DNA of 64,000 nt from Asterias rubens (taxonomy: Eukaryota), in assembly GCF_902459465.1 (NCBI RefSeq), contig NC_047066.1:4402001-4466000 (forward strand). The letters run 5' to 3'. The notes under the pieces are model-generated. The model saw only the letters and a program-made list of their open reading frames with translations, was not told the DNA's origin and did not search any database. Of this stretch, positions 54,401-64,000 are shown piece by piece. Position 1 is the first letter of the stretch; every line of letters starts with the position of its first letter. Made by a program: the position numbers and the translations under genes.

Positions 54401-57400
54401 ATACGGATGTAGGCTTGGGTATCATCAGTCCAAAGCCTGGCTGGTAGAGCAGAAAGCACTACCTCCCCAATTTTACATGGCAATCATCACGACCGGGACT
54501 CGAACCCACAGTCTGCTGATCAAACACCAGAGCTTGAATCAGGTGCTCTTAACCGCTCGGCCATGACACGCCGCAACAGAGGGCGCTTTTCCTGCAGATG
54601 GCTGGTTATGTAATAGTCTTGACTCCAGGTATAAGTGATTGGTACGGCATAGCACTACTTGTAACTGCACTACTTGTAAATCAATCATCGATGTCTTAGG
54701 TTTAAAATATTCCATACCCTGCCATCTGGCGCCCTCTGTTGCCCATGTTGTACAAGCTCTGTGAAAAGGCAAGATGCATACAACAGCTTTGCTGCTTGAA
54801 GATTAGTTTTTCGGGGGAAAAAAACAAATTATAACCAAAATGTAACCTCAAACTTATGAAAATTCTCTTCTGGCTAATACTACTATGCTTCTTTTGTGGA
54901 TTTTAAATGTATATTGGTTGTGTTCACGGTGAATTGACGGCACCAAGCGAGTTGACGACAAGTAGTAGGGTGAACAAATAAGCCACTTTGAGCCAAGTTG
55001 ACCCCCAAATGAGCGGTACACAAATGAGCGGACATGCATCTATAGGATTCATTGTGTGAAAGGTGACTTACACTTCTGCATTTCTCTGTAGTTATATCAG
55101 CCACGAGTGTTGTAACATGTGGGATGGGTCGAATAGGGAACAGGTCCACACCTACAATCAAGCTGGACATTGGCATATTCTTGGACGCTACCTGAAGCCT
55201 GGACACGAATAGGGGAAAAAAACACAATTGTAACCTTGTCACTAAATCATTACAAAACTGTTCTTTCAGACATTAAGATCCAGATTCAACAGATGTCTGA
55301 CATACTTGGACTTATTGTGATGCGATCAAGGTAATTTTTTGTTATACAGTAACTACATTTAAAAAGAGCGTATTGATGCCACCTTTGTTTCAAAAGATTT
55401 GAAAAGTAGATATTACCATGAAATGCGAGAGAATAAACTTAAAAAGGGCAAGTAAAGCCAAGTCGTTTGTTGAAAATACATTTGCACATATCGTATTTTT
55501 CAATGTTAATTTAAAAACCTTTTTAATGTTTTTTTTTTTTTCAGAAAGGAAGCTGCTAATATAAAGTAGAATATATTTTGGCATTTAAATTTAGAGTTTA
55601 TCATTATTTTTGTTTCAACCCTGTTTGCCAGTTTCGGCTTGTTTCTCCATACTGATATTTTCCAGAGACATATTTTGCTACAATGCTTCACATATCTTTG
55701 ACCAGCAGATGACTAAAATAAGATGCTAAATTGTACTGCCTTTATACTGTTTAAACTGTTTAATATTATTTGTATCCGTCCTGTAATTGGCGCTTGTGAT
55801 GTTGTAAAAAATAAAAAAATAAAAATGAAGGTGGGCTAGAAAAGGGTTCTGTTTCTTACCATCCTCCTGGAGCAGCACACAAATCTATGAGGACACGAGA
55901 CTTTTGCAGAAACTGGAATTTACGATTGAGCTGAATCAATTTGAAGGCTGATCTGGCTCTGTAACCTGAAACAAATCAATCATTCAAAACGTTAGTGTGC
56001 TATAGACAAAAACATAAACCCTTTCCTTTAAACTGTCTGGAGAACATTCAAGTGATTTTGAATGATGGGTTTTGGAGCAGTTTTGAATCTTATGTAGGGC
56101 AATTGTTTTTACACTGCTAAAACTTATGAGCATTCACTTGGCACCTGCCTCCTGTGCCAAATAATTTCAAAACGTAAACTTCTTTTTTACGAAGGGTCAA
56201 TTGATTCTAGTTGCGATTATCAAAACCCTTCATCATCCCGATGATGGGGTGGTTCTTAAACCATCCATCCTTCCGACAGAAGGGGATTTTAGGCCAGAAA
56301 ATTGTGCGTCTGTCACTCACTGTGTGTTCTGCTGCATGCGTAGTCACAAGCAATTCCTTAAAAAGTTGGATGTGTTCAGAGCCGAGACCAACCGTGCCCA
56401 ACAAAAATACAAGCCAAGTGTTGATAATGCAGCATACAATACAGATGAAATAGATGTAGGATTCCTTAGGACCTGTACTGTAGGTGCCCTGGAATTTAGT
56501 GCGTTGCTTGGCGTGTACTTTCATAAGGGAATAAAAGGGTAGCGACGAGTTCTTACACGGCCGTTTAAAGCCGGCAGGGTCGAGTTACCGTGTGATAAAG
56601 GCCTAAGCCAAAGGCGAGAGCCTTTAGCGCACGGTAACGACCCTGCAAGGTTTTAAACGGACGTTTAAGAACGAGTCACTACTCTTTTATTCCCATTCAT
56701 AAATGCCCTTTTGTTAAAAAAAATATAATTTGACAGTTGAAAAATCGAGATTTGAAATATTTTTTTCAAAAACTTGGTGAAGAGTCTGTTGAGCGTGGGT
56801 TGTGTGTATGCATATGCGCTTAGAAACAGACTACGCGCGCGCGCTTAGAAGTAGGTTACGCGCTGTTACTACACTATGCACAATCGGTCGATTGCGCAAC
56901 AATCGGTCGATTGCGCAACAATCTGTCGATCGCGCAACAATCGGTCGATCGTGCGGGAATGGCTCGGTCGATTGTGCAGGAATGGTTTTGCACGATCGGC
57001 CGATTGTGCAGGAATGGTTTTGCGCCATCGGCCGATTGTGCAGGAATGGTTTTGCGCGATCAGCGAGATCGGCCGACGTGCAGGGGCCGAATTCACAAAG
57101 ATGTAAGACAGATCGTAACTGCAAATCAATCGTAGTTGGTAACTAAAGTGTTTCCTTTTACAGCGCATAGGGACCTCATGGTGATATGCGCTATATAACT
57201 AAGATCGGTAGATCGCGCACAACTTTTCCTGCACGATCGGTCGATCGCGCAAAATTATTTCTGCACGATCGGTCGATCGCGCAATCCCATTCCTGCACGA
57301 TCGTCTAATCACGGAAAAAATACTTGTAGTGCGATCGGTCAATCGCGCAAAGATAGCGCGATCGACCGATTGTTGCGCAATCGACCGATGTTGCGCGACC

Positions 57401-57965
57401 AATTGATCTTTCAATAGGGCACCGCGATCGACCGATCGCGCAGATTGACCGATCGCGCCCAACATAAACACTGGTCATTATCAACCGTTTAAACACCCCC
57501 ACGTGTCGCGCTCTCCACCAATAGGTGTAGAGAAACTGTCTGGAGTATTTATGAATTAATTTTTAAGCATTGGATTTGGATTATTGCACAACATCAATCA
57601 CGCACAACGGCGAAAGTTTGGGGCGGGAGTGGGGGAATTGGGGCCTTTAATATGAAATAGATTGCAATTATGACAACCATATAGAATTGCCAATCAATTA
57701 CTACTGATCATTTAGTACTCATAAACGTCATCATTTTCATCAAATCAAAGCATGCAAGAACGGAGGGAAAAGGACGAAGAAGAGCAAAATGAAAATGTCA
57801 CTTATTTGTAGATAAAAATAAAGTAATTTTTTATATCAATTTGGTAAAAAAGAAGTTTTGTTGAAAGCAACACTTATGTTGTCTACAATCTAACTCACCT
57901 GATTCTTTCGCAAGATGGTAATACCTATCCTTCCTCTGTTTCCCGGTCTTCCCCTTTTTACCCAT
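42478..57965 (-). CDS. FTSJ3: Pre-rRNA 2'-O-ribose methyltransferase FTSJ3/Spb1, 893 aa
   Basis: 16 coding exons (minus): 57899-57965, 55860-55965, 55072-55198, 54065-54164, 53380-53598, 52135-52343, 51198-51424, 50071-50169, 49029-49170, 48098-48339, 47485-47605, 46115-46208, 45227-45577, 44108-44295, 43133-43320, 42478-42679 (2682 nt, all phases consistent). Motifs include [70 protein letters not shown] and the Spb1 C-terminal [14 protein letters not shown]. Confidence 0.97.
43765..44030. repeat. 28-bp minisatellite carrying TGACGTCA
   Basis: Unit CAAAGCAAAGTGTGACGTCACTTCATTG, ~8 copies in two blocks in FTSJ3 intron 14. Confidence 0.9.
46545..47520 (-). repeat. Tandem repeat (~130-175-bp units, ~6 copies) containing the FTSJ3 exon 11 3' end and donor
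   Basis: Recurring plus-strand GGGTAGTCTAGGGTA...GGG(A/C)TGTCTTA(C/G)TTTGTT(G/A)AACCACAT at ~47010, 47140, 47305 and 47480, with degenerate units at ~46550, 46700 and 46860. Confidence 0.85.
56527..56692. repeat. Imperfect palindromic element
   Basis: GGGAATAAAAGGGTAGCGAC...GTTACCGTGTGATAAAGGC / GCCTTTAGCGCACGGTAAC...GTCACTACTCTTTTATTCCC. Confidence 0.8.
56878..57460. mobile_element. Foldback-like element: two inverted arms of CGATCG-rich subrepeats
   Basis: The left arm CACAATCGGTCGATTGCGCAAC(n) and GATCGGCCGATTGTGCAGGAATGGTTTTGC(n) reverse-complements the right arm GATCGACCGATTGTTGCGCAATCGACCGAT and GATCGCGCAATCCCATTCCTGCACGATCG; a unique ~130-bp spacer separates them. Confidence 0.7.
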
Positions 57966-58378
57966 TTTTAACCCCAAATTCTTTAAAATAAAGTTACAAA
58001 AATGGGAAAGAAATGTTTCCACATGCACGTCGATGCATTTAAAGTCTCTACACGTGTGTTGTAACGATAAATTAAACGTCCCCGAAAGTACGACCTAAGG
58101 TTTTTGTAACAGTGCAATTCAAAGGTGAAGACGATGATCATTTACATTTTGTATGAGAACGAGGTGCTCATCGCAAAACAGTAGCGCGCCCTCATGCGGC
58201 TGATTGGAGGAGAGACAAATATTCCGGTCTGAATAAATGATTGTTGTTTTGTTGTTTTGATTTGTGCTCATGATTCTTATCTTTAGATGACGTACCAGAA
58301 CTGCTGTGAGTAAAGTCGGAAGAGAAAGTGTGTAACAATTATCGGATCCCGTGACCGATCCTTTTGTGATTTTCTTGG
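57966..58378. promoter_or_regulatory. Putative bidirectional promoter FTSJ3 / IDS, with candidate non-coding first exon of IDS
   Basis: The FTSJ3 ATG at 57965 points left. A plus-strand donor TGG|GTAAGA at 58378/58379 and an acceptor at 59596-59597 just before the IDS ATG imply an upstream UTR exon. The region is CpG-enriched, with a GCGCGCCCTC motif (58184-58193) and a reverse CCAAT box (ATTGG 58203-58207). Confidence 0.55.
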
Positions 58379-58769
58379 GTAAGATTCAGCTCTTTTCTAT
58401 AGATTCTAGGTCAAAATCACTCTGAATTTTATCCTTATTCATTTACAACACAACAACAAGACCACAGCTTAGGAGCACAGGCTGTGTACGGTAGTGTAGT
58501 GTGTCTAAAATTTGCACCCAAGAAATAAGAGAGGGGTCTATAAAAAAAAGTAAAAACAATAGGGCCTTCTGTCAACTTTGTGAGCTGGTGTTGTTATGTT
58601 TCTGTGAAGGTATGTACACAGTATTAATGTACATGTGTAATGTTTTACTCAGATTTTAATTAATTCTGGGTCTGGTTGTGGTGAATTACTGCACAATCTT
58701 ACTTACTTACGATTGATGGGAGAAATTGTTTAGGTTATGGCTTTGTGACCCCATCATTGATTCCTTCCT

Positions 58770-59095
58770 AAAACTAATAGGCATCAAGCTCTTTCTTGAA
58801 TGTTGACACTGTTTTGGCATTTACTACTTTGTGTGGGAGACTGTTCCAATCGTTAGATGATTCGCTGTGAAAAGAAGTTCCTTCTGAAACCAATGTTTTT
58901 GTTGTGAGTCGGCTTGTACAATATAAGAGAATGGCCCCTCGTACTGGTGTTTCTAGCTGTATTAAAGAATTTCTTGCAGTCGGCTTTCCCCAATCCCTTG
59001 AGCAGCTTAAAGGTTTCAATAAGGTCACCTCTCAGTCATCTTTGTTCTAGCGTGTATAAGTTCAGGGCTTGAAGTCTTTCTGTGTAGGGATATAC
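58770..59095 (-). mobile_element. CR1/L2-clade LINE 3' fragment (decayed ORF2 end) in IDS first intron
   Basis: Reverse translation gives YTERLQALNLYTLEQR..RGDLIETFK and DWNSLPHKVVNAKTVSTFKKELDAY, the characteristic C-terminal WN.LP..VV.A.TV..FK..LD motif, with frameshifts and stops. Confidence 0.85.
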
Positions 59096-59613
59096 ACGCG
59101 CAGGTGACTGAGGAGCAGTAATGATTTATATCAATCCACTCTTAATCTTCGGTGCTTGAGTTTTGTTTTGTTATTTAATATAGTCATCAGTACTCCCCTA
59201 TAACTATGAGGTTTGTTCTCTGGTATCGTCTCCACGCACGAAGAACAATAGTGGAACGAACCTCATAGTTCTAGGTTAGGAATAAGACATCAGCTTCTTT
59301 TTTGAACAATACTTTTTTGGCTAATAATTAGTTCCATTGTGTTTGTGGTCTCCCTTTTTCAAGCTAAATCGCTTTAGGGTTTTATCTTTTTAGTTTAACA
59401 AACTTTTGTCGTTTAAAAAAATGAAAACATGTAAATTTTAGTCATTAACTACTGTCGTTCAATTTGTTTAATTGAATAAATTAACTGAATTTAATTTAAT
59501 TTAATTGAAATTATAGAGTAATTTTGAATAATGGGAGAAAAATATTGGCAGTGGTATATTTCACGTATTATCCAATTTCTCTTTTGTTTTATGCCAGATT
59601 AAATTTGACAACA

Positions 59614-62600
59614 ATGATGGTGTTTCTTTTCACACTATTGCTCTGCTTGGTGAAAGTAAACGTCATTATCAGCATCCAACTACAACAACAGTTTAACGAA
59701 GGTAAATTTTTCACTTTAAGTTTCTGGTAAGGTTTCAGTTTGATCATGGATGGAGAAAAAGCTCTGTGGTATGATTAGAGTGATAAATAAAGCAGAAGAC
59801 TTGGAATTATCTTCACTGAAAGTCAAAAGATGCAATAATCGTGACCCTCCATCCTCCGACTAGACCCACGTTTTGCTACGGTGAAATTGCCTCGTGGCCA
59901 TAAAAGTTGGGAGGATGGAGGGGTACGATTATCGCAGCTAGAAAGCCTAGAGACCATACTGCTCACTCCAGCAGCCCAATACAATTTGGGACACAAAAGG
60001 AGGAAATAGCCTATCCATATCATCAATGGATGAAAATGGAACAACTCAGTTTTTTCTACAACGTTGCCCCCTTTGTATCCCATGATGCATTGCCAAAGAA
60101 GGCCCCGCCCGATCATTAGACGTCAACACCAGACACCCTTTTGGCTCACAGGGCAAGTGACCCACAGGGCAATTTCAGAAGTGGCTTAGCCCGCAGCAGT
60201 TTTTACTAGACAATGTATGCTAGGGTGCGCCTTGTACTGGGTGTGTGCGATTAGCTTCCCCGTGTCGACCCGATCTGCCCCCCCGTACGTTTGAATAGCT
60301 TTGACGTCATTCCAGGGGCTCACCCGGGTCAGCCCCATGTGCCCTGCTTGTTGAACGGGTCACTTTTGGGGCTGGCCTGAGGTGCATGACGTCACAACGA
60401 GACTCAGAGGGTGTGTGATTGTTTGACTAGCTCTTGTCAAGGCCTCAGCCGAGTGAGCACCATTGGGTCGACACAGGGAAGCTCATCGAACACACTCAAT
60501 GCTAAAATCAAAAATGGCATTTGTTTTTGTAACCATGTCAAACCTGTTTTCTTGTTAGGCGGCAAACCCAATGTATTGTTCTTGGTGATTGATGATTTCC
60601 GGCCAGCCCTGGGTAGCTATGGAGAGCGTGTGCATACCCCCAACATGGATCAGCTCGCTGCTCAGTCCATCCGATTCACTGATGCCCGGGCACAGGTGAG
60701 AAGCCACCTCCTTGGGGTCATGTTACACTGAAGGCAATTTACAGATAACCAGCCACCTGCTTGCTTACTTACTTGCTTCAGTCAAGTGATGTCCTTGAAT
60801 CGTGCCTTTCTGTCCCCCATTGTCGATTTTAAATCTGTTGATTCCAAACCCGTGTCCATTTTAAGAATGTCAGTGTAGGGTAGGTTAGTGAGGGTCTTCA
60901 AGGTTTCCTCCTCCCATACTTAGGGGTCCACAGAACAAAATTGGATACTGGCTCATCTTTGCTCCTGTAGCAATGGCCAGCAAATCCCATCCTTCTTAAC
61001 CAGCTCCAGTAAATCTCAATAAAGAAAATGCATTCACATTTGAATGTTCAAGTATTTTTCTTGGGGATCGTCGCCTCCAAGATGCCTGCAGAAGTTGCCT
61101 CCTGTTTATCATCAATATTCTGAGATGGGTGATTAGAATTGTATGTTCAGAAGCCTGAAGCCTTTCTCAGATTCAAATTTTGGGGTTGAAAGTTACAACT
61201 TTCTCTAAAACTACACTACTTCAAAGGGAAAATAAATTTTCTTGTAGAGTAATTACCTGAAGTGTACTCTGTCTTTAAAGACACTGGACACTTTTGGTAA
61301 TTGTCAAAGACAAGTCTTCACAGTTGGTGTATCTCAACAAATACATAAAATAACAAACCTATGAAAGTTTGAGCTCAATTCGTCGTCTAAATTGCTAGAT
61401 AACAATGAAAGAAAAAACACCCTTGTCACACGAAGTTGTGTGAGTTTAGATGGTTCATTTCGAGACCTCAAATTCTAAACTTGAGGTCTCGAAATCAAAT
61501 TCGTGGAAAATTACTTCTTTCTCGAAAACTATGTCACTTTAAAGGGAGCCGTTTCTAACAATGTTTTTTACTATCAATCTCTCCCCATACACGTTACCAA
61601 TTAAAGTTTTATGCTAATAATTATTTTGAGTAAATACCAATTACTGTAATGACCTGTTTCTGGACTGTACAGCAAGCTGTATGCGCCCCAAGCCGGATCT
61701 CCTTCTTGACAGGACGGCGCCCTGACTCCACCTTACTGTGGGACTTCAGGTCCAGCTATTGGCGCCAGTCTGCGGGCAATTACACCACCATACCACAACA
61801 CTTCAAAGACAACGGCTACTACACTTTGTCAGCTGGCAAAGTATTCCATCATGGTGAGTATAGCAGGCCTGTGTGCTTCGGTTTTGAAAGGGCGAGGGCA
61901 CCAAGGCATTTTCTCCTCAGTAAAGGGCAGCCAATGAGGAAATTGTAAATTTCTACTGGAGCATTTCAAGGGCATCAAGGCATAGATCTGGGGCATCCGA
62001 GGCAATCCCCTTTGTCGCCTTTGTGGAGTATCAGGCCTGGTATAGTAATACGCTGGCTCAGCCAGATGTTTAAGTTGGTGGACAAGGTAGCATAACGTGG
62101 CAGTGCGGTTAAGAACACCAGTCTCAAGCTCATCAGCAGAGTGTGGGTTCGAGTCCCGGTCGTGGCACTTGTGCTCTGGAGCAAGATTTTGTTTTCTTTC
62201 TTTTTTTCTTTCTTTTTATTTATTTGCAATGCTCAAGTTTACACATACTTGTAACAATACAACATACAAGAACAAATTACATACCAAGGAGAAACAAAGA
62301 GGGGACAAAAAAAAAAAAGAAGTTGTGCAGGTTGTTGTTGTCCAAAGCTATTTTTTCTCCAATGTGTAGTGAAACTTAACTAAGTTCAAAAAGGAGGTCA
62401 TATTCGGTTTGTTGTTCTTGAGCCTACAATTATAGATAGCTTTCTTTGCCAAAATAATACATAAATTTTCCAACAGTACCTCAGAGTTATGTACATCAAG
62501 GCCAAAAATGATAGATTTATACTCCAATTGGATGGCAACATGAAATATTTTCTCCCACCAGTTCTCTACATTCGCTCTAGAGCAAGATGCTTCAACATAA

Positions 62601-62946
62601 TTACTTTGTCCTTATCATGGAAGAGTAAGGGTTAACCCCTGTGTAAGTTCTGGTTCACAAAGCAAGCACCCTTGGCTTGTGAGCTACAGTGATCAAGTTC
62701 ACATATGATGCATCAAAAGAAATGTATATTAATAAAAGTAAAGACAACCACATGGAAATTTACTTGGTAAGTCTGCATCCACCTAGCATTCCAAAGTCTC
62801 CCAAAGTCTCCCATATTCTCAACAAATTGTGAAGATTATTATTATTATTTTTGTTTAAAGGTCCTTGCTCCAACAACACTGATGACTACCCTTATAGCTG
62901 GTCAGTTCCTTGCTACTGGCCGACCAGAGAACACAAAACGAGCAAG
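59614..62946 (+). CDS. IDS: Iduronate 2-sulfatase, 5' partial (continues beyond window)
   Basis: Coding exons 59614-59701 (hydrophobic signal-peptide-like [15 protein letters not shown]...), 60559-60695 ([21 protein letters not shown]...TPNMDQLA), 61673-61853 ([18 protein letters not shown] with the CxPSR formylglycine motif, ...GKVFHHG), 62861-62946 ([15 protein letters not shown]-type). GT-AG sites and phases are consistent. Confidence 0.9.
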
Positions 62947-64000
62947 GTGTGTATTTGAGTACCATTTTTTACCCGGCATATATTTGCACGAAGTTACAAG
63001 TAACTTAACTATGATATTGTATATATGATTTTAGGCATTGCATGGTGAGGTATCAAAATATATTTGGTTTGCGGTAACACCACAATTTTTAGATTGTTTT
63101 GGAGAATTCAGCCATGAGATTGTAGTATGCATTGATTGTTGATTGAGTTCGGGCGGTATGTTCTTAGATGCTCAATAGGATCGCTGCTCATGTTTCTTCA
63201 AGCCGAAGATGATGATGTAGCACCTTCTTGTACAGTGTTGTTCTCGACTGATCCCTGCTGAAAGGTAGTGTTTGATCTAATGTTCCGAGTGTATTGTTCT
63301 CGGGATGTGTTCTCATCGTTCGGGCGGGTGAACAGTGCACTCGGGCCAAGAACACACCGCCGGAACTCAGCTATTCAGTTTGTTTGAATGGTTTGAATCA
63401 TGATATATTATCAGGCATGACATTCTTCCTACTTAAATATGATATCTTGGCTAGACTTGCAGACCAGAGTCAAATGGTTGTTTCATTTTATTTTATTTGC
63501 CAGCAAACATGAAAAATCACATCAAAAAATTGCGAATCCAAAGATCTACAAAAACAAGCAAAACAATAATTTTAAGAAGAATACAAATGGTCTGTCGCCG
63601 TGATAGTCGATTCTTGGTGGTGGCGTAATGATTAAAGTCTTTGCAATCAAATACTGCTCTCGCGAGATCACTGCTTTCGCGCGAAGCTGCCAGCTGCCAA
63701 CTATGAGCGCGAGAGCAGTAGTCTCTCCAGGGGCAAGCAGTCTCCCGTGAATATCGCCAATGTCGCAGGAATCGCGGAGAGAATGGGAACGTAATCACGG
63801 CGACAGACATTTAACGACTTGTCCACAAGTCTACACCTGGCCTGCCATTTATTTCTGTGTCGGTGTGTCATTTTAATTTCTCATAAATCTTTGTTTTGTC
63901 AGCCATATTGCCTTGTTTTTATTTGAGCCCGGCATGAGTGCTATTGGTGAGTGAAATATTTTGTTTTCGGAAAATCTAATCCGCTTTAAAACGTTTGTCA

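Noticed and set aside
56802-57502. Overlapping Arg/Cys-rich ORFs on both strands
   Set aside because: They result from the low-complexity CGATCG foldback repeats and have no splice or domain support.

Overview
AT-rich, intron-rich animal genomic DNA. The repeat landscape and protein sequences suggest an echinoderm, probably a sea star; this is an inference, not proven. I assembled four recognisable spliced genes by hand, with consistent GT-AG sites and exon phases: SMARCB1/SNF5 (minus, 8 coding exons, 381 aa), a voltage-gated proton channel HVCN1/Hv1 (plus, 5 coding exons, 336 aa), FTSJ3/Spb1 (minus, 16 coding exons, 893 aa) and the 5' part of iduronate-2-sulfatase IDS (plus, runs off the window, head-to-head with FTSJ3). 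The stand-out observation is a tandem pair of strongly diverged but fully intact 3-exon SMARCB1 paralogs directly upstream of SMARCB1 (166 aa and 200 aa). They encode only the N-terminal winged-helix domain plus a shared short tail, lack RPT1/RPT2 and the C-terminal coiled coil, and keep a position-fixed 16-bp promoter motif; one has grown a histone-H1-like KKTVKA repeat. The remainder is packed with non-autonomous DNA transposons (TTAA-flanked Kolobok-like MITEs, GGGCCC-TIR MITEs, a MULE, palindromic elements), tRNA-derived SINEs, a CR1/L2 LINE fragment, several tandem repeats and one 133-N gap.
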